From the human T2T-CHM13v2.0 reference genome, Homo sapiens: DNA of 64,000 nt. The stretch lies in the NCBI RefSeq assembly GCF_009914755.1, contig NC_060928.1; one strand, written 5' to 3'. The position numbers and the translations under genes were made by a program. This document shows positions 18,645 to 35,300 of this stretch, piece after piece (the first letter of the stretch is position 1; every line of letters starts with the position of its first letter). Below the pieces are notes generated by a model. It did not search any database. It had not been told where the DNA came from and saw only the letters and a list, made by a program, of their open reading frames with translations.

Positions 18645-19155
18645 GACAACATTCTTAGTGGCAGACAACAGAACCCATTCCAGGTAGTTTTAAGCAGGCA
18701 AGAAATTTAATAAAGACTATTAGGAAGCTTGTAGAACATTCAAGAGAGCAGAGTATCACGCCTGGGGTCTAAAATGCCAGCAAAGATGCCCAAGGCACAT
18801 ACTGAAATTGGCCTATTGGAGACCCCATTGTAGCTAAACACTGAAAAACTCCAGAACTTTTGTCACCGTTGTCTTTGAAAATAGTATCCTCTGTCACAGG
18901 AAGAATGGTGGAGAGAATAAATTTTGTAGAACACCTGCATTTTCCTGTTCTTATTCATGAAATGGAATCTTGTTTATTGGTTTCTGTGTTACAGCCTTAT
19001 TTACGTATCTGCTCCCTAACTACAAGGAGGGCTAAACAAGTAAGATTTTTGATTTCCAACTTAGCCAGCAAAAATAATGGGGTAAGAATTGCCATAACAT
19101 TGACAGGCTGTTCAAAAGGTGTTGGGTAACCAGAAAACACATCAGATATCCATTA
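18645..19155 (-). mobile_element. Old MaLR LTR relic (MLT1-type)
   Basis: gcagacaacagaaccca..ttttaagcagg..tttaataaagactattagg..ctccctaactacaaggagggct. Confidence 0.5.
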
Positions 19156-21880
19156 GACAGTGCTGAAAAATGAATAAATAAATATATATATGTTGTTTAT
19201 TTACACAGTAAAGTCCTTATTAGCAAATTTTAAGCATAAATAAGTATCAAATGAAAGACAGTTTAACTGATATTTTGCATTTGTCACATTACATAGTCAT
19301 ATCGATAAATGCATCAAAATGTATTTTCATAATTTGACTGTTGAAACTATAGTACTTAAACAAAAACACCAGGAATATATTGGAAATTTGAATAAATATT
19401 CCTCTTTGAAAGATATCTTTGCACTCTGCTATTTTAATTTTGAGAAGCTGATAGTTCTATGTACACTATAGATTAGGAATGTTTGTTCAGCTTAACTAAA
19501 TATGGCTCAAAATGAAACTGAAACTTTCTAAATATTGAAAACATTTTTAAAATTCTCAAAATGTATCTGTTCTATAAAGTTTATACAAAATAATTTTATC
19601 CAATAAAGTGTATTTGTGCAAGAACTTATCTTATATTTATGTATATTTTAGAGACCTGACATATCCAGTGATCATTTTTCCAAAAATTTTGAATTTCTGA
19701 AACAGAGTGAAGTATTAGGATGGAAACAAAAGAATTTCTCAGATCCATGTACAAGAATGTGTCCACTTTTGCAAGTTGTCCAGAGAGTATCAATCATAGC
19801 ATATACTTTCAAATTATTCTTGAAATAATTTAAATGAGTTTACAATGATGGTTTTCAGACCACAGCACCCTCAAATACACTGGGCCTATTAAAAACAGTA
19901 GTGGAAAGCTTAAGAGTATGGATGGCAGTAAAAAAAAGAAAAGATAAAGTATAGAAATGACAACCCATAATGCAAATCCACAATGATGCTGTCAAGGGCT
20001 TTGTCTCTCAAAGTATCTTAAATGCACCTGAGATATGTGCTCAATGTTCTTGGCATCTTAGAGAATTAAGCATTATTCTCCAGATAGTCTTTAAGAAAAG
20101 TTTCCACATATATGCAAACTTAGAAAAGCTCTATCAAAATAAAAAAAGATAAAAATTGAAGAAGCTCTATGTTTTTGACATATTCTGGGACATTAAACAA
20201 AAACATTAGGAAAATGTAACCAATAGGAGTTTGGGCTTGCATCTCAGGCCTGTGTTTTAGGGGTTCTGTATGAAGCAGCCAAGATTAAGAGGAAAGGTGA
20301 TGGCTTTCTTGAATGAGGATAAAAAATATGAAAGAGAACATAAAACTTCAAAATCACTAAAGCAAGGGATTGCCCCACCTCATTTCCACAGATACCCCAT
20401 AAGCACACAATTTTTACTTTTCATCTTGTAGGATAATGTTCACTTTTTGATGCTCACTCTAAACAGGTAGCATAGAAGGAACAGGTGATTGCCCTTGAGT
20501 TTGTTTCTGTTTTGGTTGCACTTTTGAAGCTGTACTTTATTGAACTGAATTTAAATTCCAAATTTCTAAAAATGAGCCTGAGTAGAAAAACATGTTCTTT
20601 CATGCTAGGAAAATATTTTTTTGCTTTGATTAATATTTCTTATTTCGAATACATTATGACATGTTGAAAGCAAAAAGTGTCTTTATTGTCTTTTGATTTT
20701 TCACAAGCTATAGGCTGTTTCTCAACCATAAGGGCATTAAATAGATATTATTGATAATTATAGATATTCTGACAGTCAGATCTTTGACATGCAAACATTA
20801 TTTTCAGAGATGATTAACCAAGAGTAGTAGAGTACAAAGGCTTCTGAGAGCTTTTTTTTTTCTTGACCTACTCATTTATTGAGAAACTATCCAGCTCTTA
20901 CTCAGTAATAGCATAGATGACTTCATGGGAGTTGGTATAGTCCCTATTGGTCCAGTGAACACATGACCCCAGATTGACCAATCAGAGTATTACATTCTTG
21001 TACTTACTGTAATTATTTCAGCGAAAGCCACGTGATGCCAGTCATACAAATCTGTGATCTTTCTAGAATGTGTTTCATAGGTATTAGAACATTATTGGTA
21101 AGTAACCATGTGAAGTATTAGTTTTTAAAATCCTTTCTTATTGAAAATTAATATATGCACATGTTAGAAATGCAAAAAGTAAAAAAGAATATCTATTAGA
21201 AGTAAGTCTAATTCTATCCTGATCCTATCCTTATCCTTAGAACCAACACTGTGAATTATTTCATATAAATAGTTTTAGAAATGTTCTATAAATTAACAAC
21301 ATATATTTTTAGATGCACAGAAGCGTTCTGTAAGATAATAGGATATTTTCATATAAACACATATAAATATTATATTTTCATGTTAGCACATATAAATCCC
21401 CCTCACTGATTTCTAATGGCTATAGATTCCTATTACATGCAAACATACACTCATCCATACCATCACATTTCCTATTGATGGCATTTTAATTTTTCCTTTT
21501 ACAAAATTGTGAAGGTGAACAATTTCATACATATGTACTTGAACACGCATATAGGCATATTAATAGGAATAAATCCTACATGTGGATTTATACAATAAGA
21601 ATATTTACATATTAAAACTTAATAGATATTCCCTGTAAAGATTTTGAACCAATTTATTTTCTCACCAATACATTGCCACACAACCATTTTGCTATACCAA
21701 TACAAATGATTTGGAAAATTCCAAAGGACCTATAGTGCACCTCTCATTCCGTAGATTAGATATAGCAATGTCCCAATAATTCTCTTTTACTCTGCATCCA
21801 ATATTCATTAAGCTCCCCTGACATCACAAAGTCTGGAGTATATCACATGAAATATATATATTATAAAGCAACTATATTTA

Positions 21881-22072
<192 letters not shown>

Positions 22073-23629
22073 TCAGTAATGTTGATGAGCATTTAGTTTT
22101 GTAAGGCTAATAGTATAAAATTTCTGAATACTAGTAATTAAGGCTTTTAATTTGAATAAAAGGGAAAAAAGCTTGTGATGAAATGAAAAAAGAGAAAATT
22201 GTTTCCAATAAAAGGTCAGAATGACATTTCAATTTAATTGATTGACAAGCATCCTCATGAGGCACAGAACTATTAAGCATGAAATGAATATCAGAAGTAG
22301 AGTTATAATAAGCCTGGCAGATTGCACCCAAAAGAGAGATAAATTACTTAACTGCCAAATCGACATGTAGTGTGTCATCAGCATTGAAATAAAAATGATG
22401 CTGTTTATTCACTGATAGATTTATACTGTAGGTTAGGTGAGATCACTGCTGGCTGCAGTAGACGGTAAAATGCATCTTTTTGCTGGGAAACCTATTGACT
22501 CTGAAGGCATAAGATTTGTTTGGGAAGTTGAAGAAGTAAAAATCTGAAGTTCGCTGACAAAACAGCAATTAAGTAAAATTCCATCAGCTGTCTTTACCAG
22601 ATCGCACTGGTATTGAATAGTTATTTCATGATTCTTAAAGATACATATCATATTTTAACTAACCAGTGTGCATATTTCTGCTGATAATCTGCCAAAGTAC
22701 ACATTTCTGTCTATTGCTGGACAACATTATTTGAAATCTGCATATGGCTTTCCTTTTTGGTTTTCAGATAATCCTTACCAATTAGGAGAATTATCAACTG
22801 TATCATTGTCAATTTTCATGAGAGATGACTAGGATAATGTCTGCCAATTCTGCATCCATGTAAAAACTGACCTTTTGTTTCCTGCTGACATTCACAGACA
22901 TGAAGTTTTCTACATTATGATTTGAGTCTTGTATTTTGACTTTGCTCACAGTCTTGACCACGTTAGAAATACCACAAACGAAACACCACGAATTCTAACT
23001 TAAATGTCGATGTAGAGGAGTGAAATAATTGTCCTCTGTCCCCTTGTTAAGGTTGTGATATTTGTCACTGGGGTTGAGTGAGGAAAGTGGTGTCCTAACT
23101 TGTAATAAATATGATCATGTGCAATGGCTGCATTCTTCTTGAGAAAGCCCCCTCCCTCCCTCTCAGCATTCTACCACTTTGTCTCTATTTCTTAATCCTG
23201 TCTTCCCCTTGAGATGCTAAACAAGTGAGTTTTATAGAATGCAAATATCCAATAAAGAGTTATTTGGTTTTTGGCATCATCACAAATTGCAATGCCAAAC
23301 ATGGCGTATGTGTTTGGATTAAGGCCTGGATTAAACATATAATTCAACACACACACACGTTAAATGTTGAGTGATCTGTGATGTTTTCACCACTGGCTGA
23401 CACCTCATTATCTGATAAAATGAAACAGAAATATACTCACACTCCTATTCTGTTATGTAGCATCTAATCTCTAAACCTAAAGTCACGCTTATTTAAGTTA
23501 TCATTGTTTTGTGTTGTCCAAAGTGAACAGGAATGCTCTTGAAATTGGAAAATCCTAGTAGAGAAAGGCTCAGCCCAAACTCATTGTTTGGTTTGTTACA
23601 TCACCCAAAACAGAGACAGTAACCAGTTA

Positions 23630-24195
<566 letters not shown>

Positions 24196-26033
24196 ATAAG
24201 TTAAAAATTATTCAATTAATTCGAAACACTAAAAGTTGAAATCTGCATACACAGTGTTCATGTCTTTTTTAATGTTACAAACTTACAGAAAGTGAGAACA
24301 TTATAAAAGTAATGGCATCATGTACAGTATCACGTAAGAATTATTAATAATTTCCCATTTACATTCCTGAATTTCAGCTTCTGGTTCCTCATTAAATTAC
24401 AGAGGAGATAATGGGACATCTGGTTCTAAAAACAGCATGTAAACATTGGCTATTCTGCCATTTAGAAATACAATTGCTACTAAGTTACCCTGGAATCTCT
24501 TCACTAACCCTTCCGCATCTGTTATTAGGTCCCAGGCCATTTGAATTAGTTGTGCTTTTTATAGTTATATATTACAATGGTAATTAGATAATATAATCAT
24601 CTTAGAATAAATGCTGAGATTTGGCATAACATTATGTGGGCAATCTTTCTAAAATGTATTTTTTTAGAAGATGTGTAATTAGAATAAAGAATTACTATTC
24701 ACTAGGAATATTAACATGCACAGAAAAACTTACTTTTTCATGTTATGGCTACATTTTAAAATGACTTCAAATATATTTCGTGGTAATACTTATTATTAAG
24801 TAACTATATATTTGATAATTTCTTAGATTTGTTTTCTGCATATTTCATGCTGTATGTTTCACCTCTTCCCTACTATGTTGTATAGAAAAAATACACCAAG
24901 CCAATTATGTTCACTGGTTACATCTCAAAATCAAATGGGCTTTTCCTGAAATAAATTTAGCAGCACAATTTATTTTAGCTACAGAATTGCCATGCCCATC
25001 TTTATTTGTCTTGTGATAGTTATTAAGAAGCACAGATTAGCACAGATTTAATATTGCAAGTTAAAAATGTTAAACATTTTTATTCTTAAATTATATCAAG
25101 AATGTTTCAATGTTGAGTGAAATGCTTATAAAATGCCAAAATTATAAGTTTTATAGATACATGATCATTATTTCTAGAAATGCATTACTATGTAAAACAA
25201 CAGCTATGAATCAAGCTGTAATCCAATTTAAAAACGATTTTTATATCTATTACTGTAAATTGCCTCTGAGTGTGTGTGTACATTTTAGTGACTACAGTTG
25301 CTACTTTAAAAACAAGAATTTTGAAACAAAATATTGAAAACAATCTTTTATTAACTATGGTTAATCCATGTTTTCTTGGATATACATTAATAATGACTTG
25401 TTTCATTTTATAGCATCCTATATGCAAACAGCTTATGCTAGTTATGTACAGAAACTATCTTTGCAACAAATAGCACCAATCATTTTATACCCCTCTGCAT
25501 CCTTTCTGCTCTAATGACCTCAACATGTATCATGTGTCCAGAGTCACCTGGTGCCCTAGCAAAAGGTAAAAACATATAGGCTAAGTGTAACATATGGTAC
25601 CGAGTGTTTTGACACACTTCAAAAATTCTTTCATCTGTAAACTTTGCCTCCTCTTAGAAGCACTCTCAAGTATTTAACGCAAAATTTTAATGATTTTTTT
25701 CTGATCTCACATTATGAGGACTATTACTACCTTTTTAATTCAGCTTTTGTTTTTGATTACTTAGGGAAGTCAAGAGGCAAGTAAAATACTTTCACACTGT
25801 GAATCCTTCTCTATGCTTTCTCATTTTTACAACTTGGCTTAGAGAAAAACTAAGAGCTTGCTTTAAAGGAATGAAATATTTGAAGTGTCTGCTAGAAGAA
25901 TCTGAAGCCAAAGACACAAGTATAGTTTAGTACAACTTGCAGCGTGATTAGTGGGTATTTATGAGGCATTGATTTCAATAGCAACTAGGTCCTACCAGTA
26001 ATAATATAAATTTGGGTAAAAATATGTCATATT

Positions 26034-26641
26034 TTTTAAGTTTTATTTTAAGTTCAGGGATACATGTATGGGTTTGTTACATAGGTCAGTGTGTGTCATG
26101 GGGATTTGTTGTACAGATTATTTCATTACCCAGGTATTAAGCCTAGTACCCATTAGTAATTTTTCCTGATCCTCTCCTTCCTCCCACCCTCCATGCTCTA
26201 ATAGGCTCCAGTGTGTGTTGTTCCCATCTATGTGTCCGTGTGTTCTCATCATTTAGCTCCCACTTATAAGTGAGAATATGTGGTATTTGGTCTTCTGTTC
26301 CTGCATTAATTCGCTAAGGATTATGGTCTCCAGCTCCATCCATGTCCTGGCAAAGAACATGATCTTGTTCTTTTTTATGGCTTCATAGTATTCCATAGTG
26401 TATATGTACCACATTTTGTTTATCCAGTGTATCATTAATGGGGATTTAGGCTGATTCCATGTCTTTGCTATTATGAATAGTGCTGCAATGAACTTTAATT
26501 CGTGTGCATGTGTCTTTGTAATAGGATAATTAATATTGTATTGTAATAGGATAATTAATATTGTAATGGGATTTCTGGGTCAATGGGAGTGTAAATTAGT
26601 TGAACCATCGTGGAAGACGGTATGGCAATTCCTCAATGACC
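26034..26641 (-). mobile_element. Older L1PA (PA13-16-like) 3' end with a short 5' inversion
   Basis: Antisense 3'UTR and ORF2 tail (ORF 26253..26435); plus-strand L1 piece 26584-26641; TSD tcatatt (26027-26033, 26642-26648). Confidence 0.88.
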
Positions 26642-28369
26642 TCATATTATGTGATTTTAACACATATAGAAAAAACGAAATATTATGAATATTTGTGAAA
26701 CATTAGTTTAAAAAGGATGATTTTAGGAACTTTGACTAAAGATATCTTTTAAAATCATAAGAAGAGCAAGCTTTTCATAACCAAGATTCTGCTTTTCTAA
26801 ATATCGACATCTTTGATGTTTCTAACTATAGACTTACGTTAAATATTTCATTAAATCTGTTTAAACACTAGACTCATAATCTTATTATCCTCATCATGCC
26901 TATCATTTCCATTATAGGAATGAAGCCTAGAATAAATTTTATCAGTAATGTTTCCTAATAATGGGTATTTTACCTCTCTCTACTTCAGTAAAGAAATTGC
27001 TAATTAAATGCAGATAGTAATACAATATTAAGCCAGAAATAGATCAAAAAAAGAAAATCACTTAGAAACTGTAAATGGAATAAATTAGTTATTCTCATAT
27101 AAGATAACCACAATTACTTAATAACAAGGTTTTTAACTAACAAGGAAATTCTGATGGCATATTTTGTCAGGAAATAGGTGATTTCAAAATAAATGGTAAT
27201 GCTTACATAATTTAGACATGCCAAGATATTCATAAATTTATTATGATGAAATGCTTAGAATCTTCGAGACTAAATGTCTACCTGTTAAATATTATAGCTT
27301 TTATTATAATTGGTCTTATAAAATTAAAACAAAATTTAAAAGATCTAGAAACTTTGTTTTGGTAACAATGGACTGGATAAATTGGACTAATACATTCACA
27401 GAAGTGACACCACAGCAAACAAACACATAAACAGCATGAACTAAATACAAATCATTTATTCTTAAAAGCATTAGAGAAATATCAGAATAATGAGGAACTG
27501 CCCAGTCTATATTCTGAAGAGAACTGTAACTCAGAGATGAGATTACACCTGGAATTGCACATTCTGTTGAGGATTTTTTTTCATTTTGAAGCGATAACAG
27601 CAATACTTAGATGTTCTTATGTGGCTTATTGTTTTCCAGGCATAAGGGATAGGGAAAATAATGGAGTGTGTCCATCTCTGTGCTAAGACTTTAAGGTGCC
27701 ACGATCTGAAACTGAATATATAGACTGCAGCACGCTGTTACCTAGATGTCTTAAACAAAATCTCTCTGGAGTAAGTTAATATCATTATATTCATCCAATC
27801 CTTGTTATAAACAATTTTGTATTTACAATACCCAGAAAACCATAACTATGATATGGCCCACCAAAAGAGAAGACAGCATGATGAGAAGGAGCAGAAATAA
27901 CACATAACACTAAAAATAATCCAATAAGATTGTAAGATGTATTATGTTTATGAAAATAAAATTCCAGGTTAGACATTTTTACCATAAATAATAGAACTAT
28001 AAACATTACAAGTTTGTGAAAAATCAAGTAGAAATTATAAAAGTAAAAGCTATACTAACTGAAATTAATAATTAAATGTATGTACTTAAGGTCAGATTAG
28101 ACACAGCAAAAAAGAGAAATAGTAAGCTAGAAAAGAGATTAAATGAAACTTTACTGAATAAAAAGCAAAACCAGATACGGTTAATGAAACCAGGGTTCTT
28201 TTGAATCCCAGAATGAGAAAACAGAAAAAAATGGAGGAGAAGTAATATTTGAACAAATAGCAGCTGACAGGTTTCCATAAATGTAAAAGACACCAATCAA
28301 TAGATTGAAGAAGCACATCAAATTTCAAGCAAAGCGAACAAAAAACTAGGCTAATTCACACTGAGTCAC

Positions 28370-30653
28370 TGTATTAGTCCATTTTCACGCTGATGATAAA
28401 GACATACCTGAGACTGGAAAGAAAAAGAGGCTTAATTGGACTTACAGTTCCACAGATTCTGAGGCTGGGGAGACCTCAGCAGAATCACGGCAGGAGGTGA
28501 AAGGCACTTCTTACATGGCAGCAGAAGGAGAAAAATAAGGAAGAAGCAAAGGGACACCCCTGATAAACCCATCAGATCTCGTGAGACTTACTCACTATCA
28601 AGAGAATAACACAGGAAAGACCGGCCCCCATGACTCAGTTACCTTCCCCTGGGTCCCTCCTACAACACATGAGAATTCCGGGAGATAGGATTCAAGATGA
28701 GATTTGGGTAGGGACACAGCCAAATCATATCATTCCTCCTCTGGACTCTCCAAATCTCATGTCCTCGCATTTCAAAACCAATCATGCCTTCCCAACAGTC
28801 CCCCAAAGTCTTATTTCAGTATTAACCCAAAAGTCCACAGTCCAAAGTCTCATCTGAGACAAGGCAAGTCCCTTTCTCCTATGAGCCTTTAAAATCAAAA
28901 CAAGCTAGTTACTTTCTAGATACAATGTGGATGCAGGTATTGGGTAAATGGAGCCATTCCAAAAGGGAGATATTGGCCAAAACAAAGGGGTTACATGGCC
29001 CATACAAGTCCAAAATCCAGGGGGCCAGTCACATTTTAAAGCTCCAAAATGATCTCCTTTGACTCCAGGTCTCACTTCCAGGTTATCTGATGCAAGAAGT
29101 GGGATCCCATGGTCTTGGTCAGCTCAGCCCCTGTGGCATTGCAGGGTACAGCCTCCCTCCCAGCTGCTTTCACAGGCTGGTATTGAATGTCTGTGGCTTT
29201 TCTAGGTGCATGTTGCAAGCTGTCAGTGGAGCTACCATTCTGAGGTCTGGAGAACAGTGACCCTCTTCCTACAGCTCCACTAGGCAGTGGCCCAGTAGAG
29301 ACTCTGTGTGGGGGCTCCAACCCCACATTTTCCTTCCACAGTGCCCTAGCAGAAGTTCTCCATGAGGGCCCTGCCCCTGCAGCAAACTTATGCCTGGGCA
29401 TCCAGGCATTTCCACACAGCCTTTAAAATCTAGGCAGAGGTTCCCCAATCCCAATTCCTGACTTCTGTGCACCCACGGGCTCAACACCACGTGGAAACTG
29501 CCAAGGCTTGTGGCTTCCACTCTCTGAATCCACAGCCCAAGCTGTACATTGGCCCCTTTCAGCCACAGCTGGAGCCGGTGAGACACAGAGCATCAAGTCC
29601 CTAGGCTGCTCAAAGCACAGAGTCCCAGGGCCTGGCACAGGAAACCACCTGTTCCTCCTGGGCCTCTGGCCCTGTGATGGGACGGGCTGCGGTGAAGGTC
29701 TCTGACACGGCCTGAAGACATTTTCCCAATTGTCTTTGGGAAAAACATTATGCTCCCTGCTACTTATGCAAATTTCTGCAGCTGGCTTGAATTTCTCCCC
29801 AGAAAATGGATCTTTCTTTTCTATCGCATAGTCAGGCTGCAAATTTTCCAAATTGTATGCTCTGTTTCCCTTTTAAAATGGAATATTTTAGTAGCACCCA
29901 AATCACCTTTTGAATGTTTTGCTGCATAGAAATTTCTTCTGCCAGATTTTCTAAATCATCTCTCCCAAGTTCAAAGTTTCACAAATCTCTAGGGCAGGGT
30001 CAAAATGCTGCCAGTCTCTTTGCTAAAACATAACAAGAGTCACCTTTTTTCCAGTTCCCAACAAGTTCCTCATCTCCATCTGAGACCACCTCAGCCTGGA
30101 CGTTATTGTTCATATCACCATCAGCATTTTTGTCAAAGCCATTTAATAAGTCTCTAGGAGGTTCCAAACTTTCTCACATTTTTCTGTCTTTGTCTGAGCC
30201 CTCCAAACTGTTCTAAACTCTGCCTGATACCCAGTGCAAGTCACTTCCACATTTTCAGGTGTCTTTTCAGCAATGCCCCATTCTACTGGTACCAATTTAC
30301 TGTATTAGTTAGTTTTCATGCTGCTGATAAAGATGTAACTGATACTGGGAATAAAAAGAAGTTTAACTGGACTTACAATTCCACATGTCTGGGGAGGCCT
30401 CAGAATCATTGTGGGAGGTGAAAGGCAGTTCTTACATGGCAGCGCAAGAGAAAATGAGGAAGAAGCAAAAGCGGAAACCCCAGACAAACCCGTCAGATCT
30501 CATGAGACCTATTCACTATCACGAGAATAACACGGGAAAGACCGGCCCCCGTGATTCAATTACCTCCCCCTGGGTCCCTCCCACAACACATGGGAATTCT
30601 GGGAGATACAATTAAAGTTGAGATTTGGGTGCAGACCCAGCTAAACCATGTCA
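28370..30653 (-). mobile_element. Complete THE1 (THE1C-like) MaLR provirus: LTR 28370-28732, internal 28733-30300, LTR 30301-30653
   Basis: Two direct LTRs (tgtattagt..tca on +), 1568-bp internal region, perfect 5-bp TSD gtcac (28365-28369, 30654-30658); MaLR ORF remnant 29423..29851. Confidence 0.95.
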
Positions 30654-30689
30654 GTCACTTAACAATGAAATTAAAGAAAATTAGGAACA

Positions 30690-30745
30690 CTCAATTTACC
30701 AATGTAACAAACCTGCACATATACGCCTGAACCTAAAGTAAAAGT
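30690..30745 (+). mobile_element. Tiny L1P 3' tip
   Basis: tgtaacaaacctgcacatatacgcctgaacctaaagtaaaagtt. Confidence 0.7.
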
Positions 30746-30801
30746 TTTGTTTTGTTTTTGTTTTTGTTTTTTAAAGAATATCAAAGACAGAGAGAAATCT
30801 T

Positions 30802-31093
<292 letters not shown>

Positions 31094-33444
31094 CAGAGAG
31101 AAATCTTAAAATTTTGCAAATTAAAAGATACAGCCTGCCTATATGGTGAGGAGAGTTAGACACATAACTGATTTCATCAGCAAAAGTAGAAACAAGAAAG
31201 CAGTAAGATGATATATTGGAAATTATGCAACAAAATAAAAACTGATCTTAGAATTTTATAGAAATACACAAATATTATAATAAAATTAACATATTTACAA
31301 AAAACAGAAGAATGAACATGCATGCCTAGGAAACTTGCCTTGAAGTAAATTCTAAAAATGTTCTTCAGACAGAAGAAAAATGATTCTAGATGAACACTCA
31401 CAGATGCAAGGAGTGGACAGCAAAAAAATAAAAAAGAAGATGAAGAAGAAGAAGAAGAAAAAGCATTTAAATATGAATGTTAAAGTTTAACAGTAAACTT
31501 TGATAGTTCAAGAAGGCCAGATAATATAAAATAATATTTCCATAACATTGGGTAGAGAAAGATTTTGTTAACAAGACACAAATGAATTCTCCATAAAGAA
31601 AGTGACTTATAACTTTGACAACATTAAAATTTAAAATATCTATTCCTCAAAAGATATTGTTAAAAGACCAAAAACACAAGTCACCAAGCGGAAGATAATT
31701 GCCACCCACAAAACTGACAAAAATCTTATATTTCAAATAAATTATTCTACACATCACTAAGAAAAATTTAAACAACTCATTAACAAAACAATCAAGAAAT
31801 CAATAAAAGACTTGAAAAAGTGCTTTATGAATTAGTCTATATGGCTAAGAAAAATCTGAAAATTGCTGAACTATCTATGCAATTAGGAAAATGAAAATTT
31901 AAGCCAAAACCCTTCAAATTGGCTTGAATTTAAAAGTCTAATGAGAATAACTGTTGAGAAAAATACAAAGCAACATAAATTCTTATATAACATGAACAAG
32001 AGTGTAAATGTATACATAAACTTGCTCCATTAGTAAAGGAAGCCTCATCTAGCAAACTTTTCTGGTCAACCCATTTCCAAGGACCAAGTTAGCCATATCC
32101 CTTGTAGAAGCTTAGAGTTATGACATAGAAAAGGCGGAGAGTTTAGCTGTTATAAAGCGATAACAGAAGTAAGAACACATAATTTTTTAAGACACCTTTA
32201 ATATACAGGACAGAGAAGAAAAGAGAAGACCCCTATATGGGGAGAGAACAGTATGATAACAAATAGGATAAAATAATCTGGAGTTTATTCTGAGGAAAAG
32301 GGGCCAGTAGAAAGAAAAGTTCTGAATATAAAATTGAGAAAATAATTATTTCTGCCAAAAGTTCTGAAAGTAATTAGGAGAACTTATAATCACAAATACA
32401 AATAAAAGCATTTAGCTACTAGGGCAAAATGGTAGTTTCTTCCTATGCTGTTAGTGAGATTGAGAAGTTATAGAAATATATGAGTAAAAGACTTTTCAAT
32501 GAAAGTCTTTCTGTAAAACAATGCAGAAAAAATTCTTGTGCAGAATTGAAATATTGTTTTTTATTCTCATTATATTCTTTTTGTATACTAAAGACAGTAC
32601 AATACTACAGACAAAACTATATTTTTATATTAATTCAAGCAGTTTTACATATTGACAATAGTGAATCTCATTTTATTTTTTAATTCATGACTTTGACATT
32701 CTTTTAGTGGTCTTATAAATGTACAATTATCTTTCAAGGGTTCTGTTAACTTTCATTTAATTTCTATCTTTCAAATGAATTATATAAAGTTGAATTTTAA
32801 ACTAAAATAATAAAGGTTGAGTCTATTTATTCAGTGATATGTGTGACACACACAACTTGGAAAACAATTCTTTTTTATGCAGAATAGTTTCCATGTGAAG
32901 CCTGACCTAACAAAAACTGTACTAACAGAAAGAATTGGGTGGCCACTCAAAGTAGTCAAGTTAATATTAACTGTATGACTTTGAAAAATTCAAGAATGCA
33001 GATAACAGAATGACTTTAACATTCTAAGTACATTCTAAGTACATTGTAGGTAACATTATAATGTTGGAATAGTAAGGTATTGACATTGCAAGACTTGTTA
33101 TATTAAGTTTAAAATCTCATTACAAGTGAGTTACTCCTTGTAGGACATAGGTAAAAGAAAATAATTGTGAGTATTAACTGAATACATATCATTTGCTAAG
33201 GATTTTTCAAAGTATTTGATTCATTTAACTTTCCCAACTGCCCTGTGAAGTACATACTGATTCTGATTTTTATTTTTATTTTTCTACCTGTTTATTTATC
33301 TCATGTGAGGAAGAGATAATTAAAGCTTTATTAGCCATCTTGTGATCATGAATGGGAACATTCTCAACACATTAGAGATGAAAAATGCAAAGATGGAAGG
33401 ACTTCAAGTCCTTCATTTAATAGGTGAGAAGGGAGAAAACAATC

Positions 33445-35300
<1,856 letters not shown>

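Noticed and set aside
29072-29851. Overlapping ORFs in the THE1 interior as a functional gene
   Set aside because: Frameshifted remnants of the MaLR internal ORF; no intact reading frame.
33018-33046. Short tandem duplications (also near 39727, 49660, 54057, 54780, 58048)
   Set aside because: Ordinary 10-30-bp slippage events with no further structure.
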